Shown here: piece by piece, positions 12,871-26,616 of the stretch
Numbering within the stretch: the first letter of the stretch is position 1
How the letters are laid out: every line of letters starts with the position of its first letter
Assembly (NCBI GenBank): GCA_025603075.1
Contig: MU626316.1
Span: 1-64,000 of the forward strand
Reading direction: 5' to 3'
DNA from: Neoconidiobolus thromboides FSU 785
Lineage: Eukaryota > Fungi > Entomophthoromycota
Length of the DNA stretch: 64,000 nt
Notes under the pieces: model-generated
Seen by the model: only the letters and a program-made list of their open reading frames with translations
Told to the model about the DNA's origin: nothing
The model's database searches: none
Program-made: the position numbers and the translations under genes

Positions 12871-13356
12871 TAATATCAAGATTTTTATTTAATATCACTG
12901 ATATTAGCTAATAGCTTTTATTTACTATTGTTTTTGTATAAAATTTATATAAGTTAAAAACAACACCTTAGTTACACTTTTTTAATGCTTTTCCTTCTCG
13001 CCTTTTTTAAGCCCTCTTTTATTGTTTAACATCAAAATATCCACATTTATTAAATGAAGCCATTAACTGACGATAAATTAAATTAAATTGAATTATCCAA
13101 CTTTTCTTTATGTTTATAAATTTGTTAAAATAAAGTATAAAGTAACTTTTTGCAACTCATCTATTTTCAAAGTAGGGATGCGTAAACTAGGCTTAATTCT
13201 TTATCCTATTCTTCATCTCTCTCCTTTCTATTCTTACACCCACCTCCTGTCTACAATCAATTTTGCTTTTTCTCAAATAACAAACTATCTGAGAGAGAGC
13301 AAACTGACTCAGATTTAAAAGAAAATAGAACAGTTTTGTATAAAAAGATAGCTATA

Positions 13357-13456
13357 TGAAGGTGCTTTTTTTGGTTTCATCATTTTTTCTATTTTTTAAG
13401 CACTGTTTAAGCGGAAGGGTCATCAGTAAAATTCTCAAACAAAAGATACATTACCA
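13357..13456 (-). mobile_element. MITE copy 3
   Basis: Flanks TA/TA. Confidence 0.8.
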
Positions 13457-14257
13457 TATGTTATGTTCAATATTTAATATTTATACATTGTTTCTATACA
13501 GCTATATATTGTTACAAGACCATGGTATTGATACCCAATCCAAAATTAAAGAACAGGCCTTTTTGTTTTTATAAAGTGTTACATTAATTAAAACAAAGGT
13601 TAAATACTAAAGTAAGCAAACTTTAGAGATCACCCCATTCAGAGTATGATTTATAAGTGTTGAAATGGATTCCAAAATATACTTATTTTTGATAAGATCA
13701 GAAAAAAAAATAGAAGTTGCTTTGTTTCTATCTTCTATATGACTTCTCATCAATTAGTGAAGTAAACTAAATTAGCCGATAAAGAGGAAGCGGAAAGAAG
13801 ATTAAATCAAAGAAGCAAAGTTTTAGGAAAGATTTATAATTATATTAAAAGATTAAAACTTTACCCAAAGGTGCTATAATTAAAATAGAGTAAAGAACAA
13901 CTTTAAAAGTGATGAGGTGGACGAATGAGTCTTTATTGACCTTAAAGAAAGTGATAATATAACCTCATAGTTTAAAGGCGACAAAGCATAAGTGAACCTA
14001 TGGAGTGAAATAAGAGCAAGCACTGAACAATGAAAGTAAAAAGCCTGGTTGGCTCTAAAGCGTAAAAATATAATAAATAGGATAAATGAGGTATCTATAT
14101 GCTTCCAAAGAGTTATAAATAGTTTTGAGTTATGGAAAAAACAAATATATTATAATCCCTTTATTTGCTTCAATAGTTTATCTATTTTTATCTAAATAAA
14201 TTTTAGCTTTATAATGTAAACTTACATTTCAATATTAAAGCTGATATTTATAGTATA

Positions 14258-14352
14258 TGGGGCTGTTTTTTTTAGTTTCATTATTTTTCCATTTTTTTAA
14301 GCGCTATTTGGGTGGAAAGATTGTAGTAAAATTCTTAAAAAACACACCCCCA
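14258..14352 (-). mobile_element. MITE copy 4
   Basis: Flanks TA/TA; shares variants with copy 1. Confidence 0.85.
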
Positions 14353-14396
14353 TATCCATTTAAAATGATTTTTTGTTTTATTTATCAAAGGATATA

Positions 14397-14493
14397 TGGA
14401 AATGTATTTTTTGTTCAAGAGTTTTACTAACAATCTTTCCGCTCAAGTATCACTTAAAAATGGAAAAAATAATGAAACAAAAAAACACCCTCA
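14397..14493 (+). mobile_element. MITE copy 5
   Basis: Flanks TA/TA; inverted relative to copy 4. Confidence 0.85.
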
Positions 14494-15471
14494 TATGTTA
14501 ATTTTATTCAAAAAAATATTGATATGATACACAATTAAACAGAATTGAAATAGTTAGTTAAAAAAACAAATATTTTTAAAAATGATAGTCTATCATTTAA
14601 ACTTAGTAATAGGAGTTGTAAAGTATTGTATATATTGATCTGATATATTATGAATAAATTCATCTTCATTAAACTCCAATTTATCAACATATCAACTGTT
14701 ATTAATCATTGATTTATATGTATGGTGAACTACACCTTGAAAATAATTTTAACTTTGTATAGTTCGGTATGTCTTATAATAATATTTAAGGATATATCTC
14801 ACTAACTTGATTTATTAGTAATAGCAATATCAAGGCTTAAGTCATTGTTTTTTATAATTTTATAATAGTTAGTTTAGCTAAGTTATATGAATCTATTATA
14901 TTTTTGTATTATGATATACTATGCAAAAAAACTGTTTTCTTTCAATATCTATAAACAAATAGAATATTCAAATTTATCGATAAAGTATTTATTAATTATT
15001 TTTTTTATTAATTTGAAAGATACTCTTTTTCTTAAGTATAAAAACTTCGAATACAACATATATATACTAAACAAATCTATTTATTAAAGTCCAATGATTA
15101 TCAATTATTAAAATTTAATAAATTATTGACTCATTACATTTTCTTAGAAACACACTTTATAAAATAATGAAAATTAGGAATTTAAGTTTTGAAATGATTT
15201 TGAATAAAAAATTTGATTTAAAGTTAAAACCTAAACAAAAGTTCCACTTCTATAAAAAAAATCAACTTGGTATTTCTATTGTTAAGTCAATTGGACAAAA
15301 TGTTATATTCTGGGTTTAATACTTTTAACTCATAATTAGTGTTATTGGAAAAGTGAAAACATTATAAATCATTTCATTGTATTTGAAACTCAACTGTATA
15401 CTACTAAAATATAATGGCAAAAAACATTATAAATACACTATGTTGGACTCCCAATTTAAGAAAAAAAACAA

Positions 15472-15545
15472 GTTTCCGTGGTGTAGTTGGTTATCACATC
15501 TGTCTAACACACAGAAGGTCTCCAGTTCGAATCTGGACGGAAACA
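15472..15545 (+). tRNA. tRNA-Val (anticodon AAC), intronless
   Basis: Acceptor stem GTTTCCG/CGGAAAC, anticodon stem TCTGT/ACAGA with loop CTAACAC, T-arm TCCAG-TTCGAAT-CTGGA. Confidence 0.97.
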
Positions 15546-15680
15546 TTAATTAATTTTATTAAATATTTTTTCCATCTTAAACATTTTTGTGAATCTATTC
15601 TTTGTTTTGATCAGTTAATAATTAGAGTAAATCACTCTTGAAAATTAACTTTTATCATTATTTGTTTTTTATTTGATTCA

Positions 15681-18281
15681 ATGAAATTCACCAATGTCAT
15701 ATTAAAACGAAATTCTTTATTCACTCTCAAAAATTTTAATAAAAATTTTCAAAATTTATTACCTTCGTTCCGATCTTCTATCGAAGTACCGAAATTCGAT
15801 ATCACTATATATAATGACAAAAACAAATTCAATAACTATATAAAACAGGAAGAGGTATATATAGATAGCCAGTTAAACAAAAAGAGAGATTATGTGGATG
15901 AGTTAATTATGAGTACATTAAAACAAAATAAGGTTACAACAGGAGAAGATAAAGTAATAAATCAAGAAGGGGATAAAACTTACTATCTAACATCAAAAGG
16001 GGAAGTTTGGTATAAGGAAAAAAGTGTTGAAAAAAAGGTAGTTAATAATTAGATTCCATTAAACAATCAAGGTATCAAGTTCGAATTTTTATATTTATTA
16101 TATAGTATCCAGTACTTACTTTATGGGATGTTGAGCAGATATTAGAGAAAGAAAGGGTTTATAATAAAATTGAAATGAAGTCGTTAGTGGTTGAGAATCA
16201 ACAGCTATTAAATCATAAAATGAAATTCCAGGTGAAATTATTACACGAAGAAAGTTATTATTTAATTTATTATGATTTAAAAGAAAGAAAGGTAATTTTT
16301 AAGGAGAAAGGAGTGTTTAATTCCATTGCTATAGAGAATAAAGTTTATTTCACGAAAATGGATTCAACATTAAGGGCTCATCAAGTTTGGTGTCTGGATG
16401 AGAAGAGGGGTGATAAACAGATCTTATACGATGAAAAAAGAACGAATTTTTTTGTGGATATTGGAGTGACGAGGGATCAAGCAAGTTTTATAGAATATAT
16501 AAATTTCTGTTACATATTAATGATTTTTTTTAGTGTTATTTAACAGTTAATAGTAATACTTTATCAGGTAGTGAAATTCATTTACTGGAGTTAAATAAGG
16601 ATAAGGATAAAGTTATACTGTTTCATGAATATCAGCCCAATTTGGATTTTTTTATGGAGAAGAATGAAGTAAATATTCGTATTATAATATTGTAATATTA
16701 TTTAATTTGATATATTAATATTGATGTTAGTTTGGATTCATATTATTTATACAAAATCAATTGAATGGTAAAATGGAATTATATTTACAAAAAGAAATCA
16801 ATTCTAAAAGGGAATTATTACACTTTAATGAGTTTGATAATTGCTTTATTAATGAAGTGGAAGTATTTAAAGTAGGTTTTTAAATAATACTGTTATTATT
16901 TTATATTTACTTATAATGATATTTTTGTAGAATTATTTAGCAATTTATACAACAGATAATGAATTTAAAAACCAATTGTATATTTATTCTTTTTTAACAA
17001 ATAAATTGATTAATATTAATAATTTTCCTAAATTGGGTTCTATATTACCTAATGGTAATCAATTGGTAAGTCAAAATATAATATAATATAATATAATAGT
17101 ATAATATAGTATAGTATATAATAATATTATTATTAATTAATATCAATAGGATTATAATTCCAATATAACTCAATTTTATTACTCTAATCCAATTATTACT
17201 GATAGGAAAATAAAAATAAATTTAATGGATAATAAATTAAAATTAAATAGTAATATTCATATGAATGAAGGTAAATATAATAAATAAACAATAAATAAAC
17301 AATAAATAAACAATAAATAAATAGATATAATATTTGAACGTGAATTTATATATAACAATTCGATTTCAATACCAATAACGATAATTTATAATCAAAAATT
17401 AATGAAAAAAAAGTGAATCTTTATTATAATAACAATCTAGATTCACTTATTAATTTTATTTATTGTAGTAAATATCGTCCAATCTTAATTTATAGTTATG
17501 GGGCATATGGAGTTAATTTATCGTTAAATTATAAATTATTATTTCATACTTTAATTAATATGGGTTGGATTATTATTTATGCTCACATTCGGTAAGTATT
17601 GTATTAATAATATTAATTACATTATTTTATTTTATTTTATGTAGTGGAGGTAGTGAATTAGGAATTAACTATTACAATCAAAGTAAAAAAGAATTAAAAT
17701 TTAATGGGGTTATGGATTTAATTCAAATTACTGAATTTGTTCAACAAAAATATTCAACTAAGAATTTATTTTTATATTCAGTATCAGCTGGTGCTATTGC
17801 TAGTATGAACTCATTTTATATGAAAAATGGTAAGTGTATTTTATATATTTGAGATTAGAAATAAGATTTAATTATATCGCTAATTATCTTTTTATTAGAG
17901 TTATATAGAGGTATTGTATTAGAAAAACCCTTTTTGAATATCCAAAAAAGTCTTGAAAATGAAAACGAAAATCAATTAAGTAATATGGAAATTGAAGAAT
18001 GGGGTACATTAGAAAACAATTTAAATATTATTAATCAATTATCCAAATTTAATTATTTAAACGATAATAAGGTCGTTGATAATAATATTTTGATTGTAGC
18101 TTCTTTGTTGGATTTAAGAGTGGATTTGTTGGACATTTTGCAATTTGTAGAAATGTATAGAAGAGAAAATAATGTGTACTTGTATATGTTGAAAGATGGG
18201 GGTCATATTAATAATGATTTTAACACTAAGTTAAAAGAATGCTCAATAATAGTTAGTTTTTTATTAAAAAAATTAAAATAA
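15681..18281 (+). CDS. S9A prolyl oligopeptidase / oligopeptidase B (PREPL-like), multi-exon
   Basis: HQVW...LYDEKRTNFFVDI, YSYGAYG, YAHIRGGSELG, nucleophile SVSAG, acid LDLRV, GGH; central exons only partly resolved. Confidence 0.8.
16481..16533 (+). other. GC-AG intron in the S9A peptidase gene
   Basis: Donor CAA|GCAAGT, acceptor TTTTAG; splicing gives TRDQ-CYLTVNSNTLSGSEIHLL, matching the oligopeptidase B propeller pattern. Confidence 0.8.
17281..17320 (+). repeat. Tandem 11-mer (TAAATAAACAA) x3 inside an intron
   Basis: Direct reading. Confidence 0.85.
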
Positions 18282-18769
18282 AAATAAAATAATAATAACA
18301 TTGATACAAATTGTTATTATTAAGTTTTTTGCTATAGTTTCTTATGATAATAATAAAAGACATTGAAAAGTAATATATTATAAATGATTTTAAAATATTG
18401 GCTTAAATTTATTCCAACTTTTACTCTAAAACAATACTTTATCAATTACAAGTGTTACAGCTCATCTGCGACCTAATTAACTATTCGTTTAAGAATAAAA
18501 CTTGCTAAAATCTAAAAATTAGGCTTTGAAAATCATATAAGCAAATAGCTGGTTAAAATTTACTGCAAACTAGTTTGCAATAGAATTGTAACAGATATAT
18601 TTCTATTAAGCGGTGCTAAAAGATTATCAACCTTATCTAAACTAAAAATTAGATAAGAATTTTAAGCCTTTCTTTAGTAGCTATATAATTTATTAGTATA
18701 AAAAAATATTAGAAAATTAAAATTTAAGCAATATAATTTATTCAATAAGGTTAGCTAATAAAAACAGAC

Positions 18770-21108
18770 TTATTTTTTAACATTGAAAGCATCAGATTTC
18801 CATCCTTCTGGGCTAGGATCTAATGGCTTAGAGGTTTTATCCTTATTACCCAAGTCAATACCTTGAGTTACTGTTGTTTCAATACCTTCGAGGAAATTAC
18901 GAATACCTTCTCCAACCATCTTTTCAATATCTCTCTTAACTTGACTTTGAATAACTTTATTCAATAGCTTATAAATTGGTCCAAATTTAGTATGTTGGAA
19001 TTTGATATTGATTTCATTAACACGACAGCGTGAATCTAATACACGGAACGGACGTTCATCTTTAGAAATAGTTTGATTTGGTTTATCTGAAGTAGAGATA
19101 ACTGGTGGAGCTAATTTTAAGAAAATATCCATACCATCATTTGGAATAACTACATCAACTAAACCAGCATCTTCCATGTTCATTAATAATACCTTTCTCT
19201 TATAATAGAAAGCTACTTCTCTAGCTTGAGCTTGGATACCTTGCATCTTAATAGATACAGCATTAACAATACGTTCTTCTTCAGTATCAAATTCAGTATC
19301 AGTACGTACTCTAACAGTCTTTGGGACGATGTTGCTACAAGAGAGTTTAATATTATCCAAGATATATTCATTATCATCATCTTGTTCAGATATCCTTGGG
19401 ATTTCAAGGAGCTCAAGGCGTTTAGAAAGAACAGGGACGAATTTTTGGAAGTCTTGAAGTAAGTCATACTTGATGGTTGGTTTGCCATTGGCATCCAAGA
19501 ATAGCTCACGAGTAAGACCATCAAGATCTTTAACCATACGGTTAGTAGTTGGATCTTCCTTTAAGTCCTTCATGAAGCCACTAGCTTCATCCATAACAGA
19601 GCGGACGGGTTGGCGGTATTTGTTAAGGAGCATGTCACGAGTCTTTTCGAAACGATCAATGGCCTTATCAGTGTAATCCTTTTGATGGACAAATTTGTTG
19701 TCTTTAAGGGACTTGATCATAAACTCATGATTTTCATGCATAAGTTTGTTCAAGTCCTTGTCCTTTTCAACAAATTCAGCAAACTCATAGAGTCTTTCAA
19801 AGAGTTTGTCTAAACTGTGACCACCAGCGAAGTTCTCAACGGCCTTTTTGGCATTTCTCGAAGCTTCTTGTAAGTTATCAGATTCGTCGACCTCAGCACC
19901 AGCTTTGCTCTTGGCCTTTTCAGCGGCAGTAAGGGCATTCTTTCTTAATTTAGCTAATACATTTAGGAGGCCTTCAATAGCTCTTTGAGTTTCACGGTTG
20001 GTTTGGACTTCATCAAGGATACCAACTAAACGATTGGATAGGTTTTCCTTTTGTTCTTCACTAAGTTGTAAGTCATTGACAATGTTCTCAGCAGTTTTCT
20101 TAGCTTGGCCATAAGCGTCACCGGCTTGCTTCTTAGCTTCTTCAGTTAAGCTTTGAGCTTGGGAGGAGGCCTTATTAGCTTCATGTTTAGCGTGATCACC
20201 AGCTTCTTTGGTATTACCGGCAGCAGCCTTATCAGCAACTGGTTTGACCTTCTTACCGAGCTCTTGTGCAGCCTTGTCAGCAAGTTTAGAAGCAGTATCC
20301 TCTAAACCTTTAGTATCACCTCTTCTAGCTTTATCAGCAACATCTTTGGCATCACCATCCAAGTTCTCGTGGGCTTCATCAGCCATCTTATTAGCAGATT
20401 GTTCAGCAGAGCGCTTAGCCTTATCAGTGTCAAGATTACCTTGTTTGTCAGTAAGATCATCAGCGGTAGGTAAATGTTCAGCACCAGGAACATTATCTTT
20501 AAGGACATCACGGACAAGGTTATACAAATCAGCCAAGAGACTACGGAATTCATTATTGGTAACGGTTAATTTAGAAATAACAAGAAGTTCATTATAAGCT
20601 TTTCTAAGAAGTTTTTGAGAATCTTCAGCTTCTTTAGATACATCAGGAGTTTCAGCTGAAATTATATTAATTAAAAGAATAATTTACAAATAAACAAAAC
20701 TTACTGTCAAGTTCTTGAGAAGCAAGCTTAGCGTGATGAATTAAACGTTGGATAACATCACCTTTGTTCTTTTCTTCAACTAATTGCTTAGTTGAATCTA
20801 ATAAGTTTTCGACACGATCAGCTACTTTTTGACCAGTAGCTGATAAGTTGACTTCAGAAACAATGCTATCACCTTCCTTAAGGGAATCAATAGCACCAGT
20901 TATCTGATCACTAGTTGGCATTTTACCTTCACTAAAAGAGAATTAATATCTACTATTATAAAAAAAGCAAATAAACTTACCCTAAGGCACCAGCGACGGT
21001 GGTTAAATTATCTTTAGTTTGAACCACTTCATCTACTTTTAAACCTTTGGTATATTGGCTATCTTTAGGGGCGAATTCTTTTTCAAATTTGTTACGAATT
21101 TCTGGCAT
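18770..21108 (-). CDS. Large fungal protein of the S. pombe C32A11.02c type: helical N-terminus, LEA-like A/K/D/E repeats, C-terminal BPI/TULIP-like domain; 3 coding exons
   Basis: 588-aa open exon; LELLEIPRISEQD..EYILDNIKL, IKMQGIQAQAREVAFYY, DAGLVDV, INIKFQHTKF; ATG at 21108 joined by GT-AG introns. Confidence 0.75.
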
Positions 21109-21180
21109 TTTAAATAAAAGTTAATATATCTACAAATACAAATAGTTTTTTTTCTTATATACTCTGTATAACGCTCGACC

Positions 21181-21514
21181 CTTTATATACTTGTTTATCA
21201 ACATCATCAAGGTCTCATATTTTCCGTTTAATCCTGACGTAATCCATCAATTTCAGTTTTGGTGTAAAAAGTTCCTCGTCATTAATAAATTTTAATTAGC
21301 TATTATCCAATTAGTTTAATTATATACAAATCAAACCCCATTTATTGTTTCAGTTTACAATTAATATTGTATTTAGTTCAAGGAATGTTCAAATACTTAC
21401 TATAATCATGACATAATCAGCTAAACTCTTTGCTTTCACATTCAATTTAGTTAAATTTTTCAAGTTTGTCTTCAATTCATAATAAAAAAATTCATGATAA
21501 ATTTTGACGTAATC
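21181..21514. promoter_or_regulatory. Divergent promoter with two identical CRE-like sites TGACGTAATC (21235, 21505) and a TATATAAAG on the minus strand (21181-21189)
   Basis: Exact 10-bp repeat matching the ATF/CREB site, in an otherwise CpG-poor spacer. Confidence 0.5.
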
Positions 21515-21750
21515 AATTCCAACTGAGTAATAGCATTTTTATTAACTCACTTTGAATTTCAGATTTAAGAACTAAATTAAAATAATCTCATGTTTGGAAA
21601 ATTATAATTTATTATTTTAATAATATATAAACTCAGCCTTTAGTGTTATTTTAAAATTTAAATAACTCTTGGCACTTAAAAAATTGCAATAAAATAAACT
21701 CGTTGATTTTTGGTTTTTATTACTTATAGTTGAAAATATATCTTATTACA

Positions 21751-24700
21751 ATGGAACAAACCTCCTCCCCAACCTCAGCAGTTCATCAATTGCTAGCCCC
21801 TTCCTTCAACACTGACGAAAAAGAGCTTGATAGCTCACCAGTTAAGCTAACCTCACGACAGGCAGTACAACTTAAAAGGGACTTAATAACCCGAGCTATT
21901 ACTGAAGAAACAGAGTATTTATTAAATAATAATATGGTACGAGCGATAAGAAATGACACTTTAAATTCCGAAAATGAAAAAGAGATCCCCTTTTTAAAGT
22001 ATTTCATTAATCAATATGTACTTACCTTTCCTTTTTTACAACAAACGGATGTTGAAAAGTTTTTGGATAAATTAGAAATATTCCAAGATGAAATTGAAAA
22101 GGCTGAGTTATCATCGGACGCTGAAAGATCAGATACTACAAAGAGAAAGGCCCTTACATTGAGATTCATTAAAATTTTGGTGTTGCTGTTTAATAATTCA
22201 ACTCCCTTGGATATGAATGGTTTTGGTATGGAAAAAGAAGAAAGCCAAAGTGTTTCAGTGGGTAAAGAGGAAATAAAAGGGAAAGATAATAGAAATCTAC
22301 TTCAGGAAAGTCAGATGGAAAAAAAAGATAGTGAAAAAGGAGTTGGTAATCCATACTTTGTGGATATTGTGGGTGTTCGTCTTGAAGAAGTCAAAGGTAC
22401 TTTTATGAATTCAAGCCATGCAGTAAGTTTTTTTAGTTTTTAATTAATTCGAGTATACTAAATAATCATCTGTTTTTTTAATAATAGAAATTTATTGTTA
22501 TGTTAGCTAAAGAAGAATCCAATCAAGTGGTTTATACCCTTAAAAGATATGATGATTTTAAAAGTTTATTAAAAAGAGTAGGAAAATTATATCCATTAAA
22601 AGAGTTACCTGCACTTCCTGCAAAAGTAAAAGAAACTCCTGGGCAATCATTTATGTTTCGAGAAAATGATCGATTGACACTGAGGTCAGTGCTAAGAAGG
22701 TTATTATCAGATCAAGAAATTGCATCTCATTTAGAAGTTTATAAGTTTTTGAATGAAAATCAACAAGAATTAACTAATGAAGATATAGAAGATATATCTC
22801 AACGTAAAATTCATATGTTGAATTTAGCAGAAGATAGAAAGAAATATGCCAGTTATATCAAAGAGAAAGCTAAAGATTATACTAAGTTATGGCAAGAATG
22901 TAAAAGCGAGTTATTGAAACCAGGTAAGTATTGAATTTGTTTATTACATAGTATATCATTATATTAAATAAATAAATTAGGAGGCTTAGATGAATTTGAA
23001 AGTATATTAAGAAACACAAGTGAAATGCAGCAATTACCAGCCCATTATAAAGGCGCATTTGAATGGGGAAAACTAAATTTAGCTTCTTTTTTATATACTT
23101 TCTTTTGTACTACAGATGATAGTGCACGATTTTATCAAGCATTATGTTCTACTCATAAATTGTTACCTTATCGTACCATTTCGACAATTTTAAAATATAC
23201 AAATCCAACTTCTATTGTTAAAGGAATTATTGATTTATTATTAGCACAACCTTTTGGCTCTAATTCTTTATTACAAAGAATTTTAACAGCTTCATTAATG
23301 GATCAGGCAAAAGATACACAAAAAGAAATTGAAAATATAGAAAAGAAAGTAAATGATGAAGCGATTTGTAATAAAATTAAAAATTTTGTTTATTCCCCTA
23401 ATAAGAGAAGTAGTAACTCAAAGTTTGAAGAAGAAATGTCGGAATTTGATAGAATTAATTTAATTATTAATGATTTTGACATTGAACCAGAATTAACTGC
23501 TGATTCTATTATTAATTATTCAAAAGCAAAACAATGGATGGAACAATATATTAATGGTAATAATTCACTTAATTTAACTTTATTCAAATATATAATTTAA
23601 TATTAATATCATATTTTAAAGACGAGAATCCACAAGTTTTAAGCGATCAAAATGGCAATTTGATTTATCAAGAATATTACTTCTTAGAAGCATTAAATCA
23701 ATTATTTATATTATATACAAGAAAAAGAGATTCGGAGGCAATTTCAAATTTAATGTTTCAAGGAGTTACAGGTGAATTAATGAAAGATCTTTTGGCTATT
23801 TTTTATGGACCATTAGCCCAAGTTTATAAGGTAATAATTCAAATTGATATAATAATTAATTATAATAACAAAATTATTAGGATGCTAATGTATCTGATTT
23901 TATAATGAAAACATCGCTATTCGTGGATGATTTAATTGAAGTAATCAAAAAAGTACAAACAGGAGAAATCGATAAAAATTTAGAAGCAGGTCAGTTACAA
24001 TTATTTATTAAATTAATTGAGCGTCATGAACAGGAATTTTATCACTTTATACATTCAATTTATTCCAATAATAGTAATGGATTGTTTAAAAATATATTGA
24101 GCTGGGCAGAAAAAATATTAAATTCCATTCGTAATGGAATTGTTGAGAAAGAAATTAATTTACAACAAATTGTAGATGAAAGTAAACAGGATGAAGAATT
24201 TAATAAAGGATTAAGGAAGGATTTAAAACTGTTAAATCAATTTACAGTTAAAAGAAAACAAAGACAAATCAATAATTTAAAAAAGAAGCTGATGACCGTT
24301 GGTGAGCATGATACTGATATGCAAATTGTTGAAGAAGAATTTCAACAACTTGATTTCAACGATAACAGAAGGAATTCGGTTAGTGATTTTGGTTTTGGTA
24401 ATATTACATTAGATGATTTAAGAGAATTACAAGAAATTGATCATTTCAATAATAATAATGGTGATAATAATAATAATAACAATGTTGATATTAATCAACA
24501 ATCTATTATTAATGCTAATCCATCAGAGCCTATGTTGATTTATTTAAATGATACAGCTAATACTAATAGTAATATCAATCCGAATAATGAAAAAAATAAT
24601 AATGAAAATGTTAATTACACAATTACCAGTGAAGACAGTATTAAAAAAATTAATTCATTTATTAAAAAGAAAGAGATAAAAAATATATCTCAAGAGCCTT

Positions 24701-24777
24701 ATCCAAAAGGTATTGATACTATACCTAAATTATTACCCAGTTTTTATACTTTAATTCTAACTTATTTTAAAGAATAA
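21751..24777 (+). CDS. PX-domain protein with PX-associated and DUF3818-type regions (yeast YPR097W/Lec1-like), 5 exons
   Basis: N-terminal LTSRQAVQLKRDLI and PFLKYFINQYVLTFPFL; PX segment KRYDDFKSL...LPALPAK...RLTLRSVLRRLL; THKLLPY, LLAQPFGSNSLLQRI. Confidence 0.85.
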
Positions 24778-25094
24778 AAAAATTATTATATTTATTTATC
24801 CATTGTTATGCTTTTATTTTTCCAGTTTTAATAATATCAAACTATTTTACCAATGTATAGATATAATTAACACATGTTTAACTCGTTTAAATTCAACTCT
24901 ATTATCCCTCCGAAGCTTTTTTTAAATTCCGTTATTTTAACAATACCAATAATTTATTGCTGTTATCTTTTAAATATGTTATTATATTTAGTTTTATTTC
25001 TATAAATGATTTAAACGACTAAATACATAATCTTTTATTAAAAATAGTATTTTATTAATAACTTTCAGTCATTGTTATTGGGTTATTTACTATT

Positions 25095-25193
25095 TGGGAG
25101 TGTTTTTTTGACTTATTATTTTTTCCATCTTTTAAGTATTATTTGAATGGAAAGACTGTTAGTAAAATTGTTAAACACAAAAATATATCCCCA
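25095..25193 (-). mobile_element. MITE copy 6
   Basis: Flanks TT/TT. Confidence 0.85.
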
Positions 25194-25664
25194 TTTATTA
25201 AATAATTTCAAAAACATAATAAAAAAACATATCTATTGTGAAATCTGGTACTCAGGGTTTGGAATCAAGAACAGCCATTGCTGGGTTGACTACACTATAA
25301 GTCGAAAGGTCTTAGTTTATGTGACTAAGATAGACTTGGATTATTAGGAATAGCACGTAATAGGTTACAAATTATATAAGACAAATAGAATAGATAACAC
25401 TAATGTAAAATCTACGTAAAATACTATTAAGAAAACTTAATGGCTTTATTAAATGTTCGAGATATCAGGGAATAATTCAGTTAAAAAGCCTCGAGCTATT
25501 ATGTTTTAGAATCTCTTTTATACTACGATAAGTATAAATATCAAAACGAGGGGAGAATATTCTTTTGGATGGAGCTAGAAATTCTCATAACAAATCAAAA
25601 TAAGAACATGGGATTGATTTTCTCTGAACTCGAGAACACAGCAGCTTAGGCGATTGTTATGCAA

Positions 25665-25704
25665 TAATTAACCATGGGACTGACAAAGCGATATTTCACA
25701 CTAT
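25665..25704 (+). repeat. 40-bp inverted repeat, left arm (partner 26617-26656)
   Basis: 37/40 identical to the reverse complement of the partner. Confidence 0.85.
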
Positions 25705-25989
25705 ATAGTATATATACCTGATACACAGTTTTAAAAAAATAAAAATAAAATAAATAGAATAATAGAATAATAGAAAATAAAATAGAGATAGAAAAATCTT
25801 TCAATAAGAAAAAATGTAAATAATATAAATTTTATACTGATACTTAAAAATATATTTAACAAATTAGATTATTACAATAAACGAACTATATCAGCGTTAT
25901 GGTTTGGTATTTTATATTAAAAAATGATAAAATAATAAGCAAAGTTTACTTTAATATTTATTTAAAATTTTAAATTATAAATCAGTATA

Positions 25990-26091
25990 TGAGGGTGTAT
26001 TTTTGTGTTTAAGAATTTTGCTGGTAACTTTTCCACTCAAATAGCGTTTAAAAGATGGAAAAAGTAATGAAGCCAAAAAAAACACTCCCCA
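25990..26091 (+). mobile_element. MITE copy 7
   Basis: Flanks TA/TA; lies between the 40-bp inverted repeats. Confidence 0.85.
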
Positions 26092-26616
26092 TATGGAAAA
26101 AATTATTCAATTTATTTAATATTTAAAGAATTTTTGTCTAAAAAGTTTATAAAAATTAATATATGAGGAGATACAAAAAACTATTTTCGATACTAAAAAA
26201 TTTATAAACTAAATAATAATTCTAATTTTAATTTTTTTGCTGAGCGTTATAAAAAAAGTATAGTTAATAGACATTCTAAAAACCTTTTACAATGGAAAAA
26301 TGATTTTGAAGCATTAGATAAAATAAAAAAAATCAATTTTAGATTTTGAGATTTTTATTTATGAGTGTAATAAAATTAGTAAAACATTGCTAATAGAAAA
26401 ACAGATATAATTTTTTTAAAAGTGTAAAAACATAGATACAAAAAAAAAGATCCAATCCCAACTAAAGTTATAAAGTTCATAAAAAATCAAAAAGATTAAA
26501 ATTGACTCTAGCTTATTTTGTAAAAATAACTGAAAATTCAAAAGTTTTAATATTCACTAAGTAGTTTATTAGATGACAGGATCAATTATTAAATGTTAAT
26601 ATTACCCAGGTTATCA

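Noticed and set aside
20008-20025. GTATCCTT (U12-like donor) on the minus strand; similar words near 7897 and 32558
   Set aside because: The first lies inside an open coding exon (VGILDE); the others have no gene context or matching branch site
19213-20597. Alternative-frame and antisense ORFs over the BPI-like gene, RPL2, PP5 and the SDRs
   Set aside because: Shadows of biased codon usage in real genes
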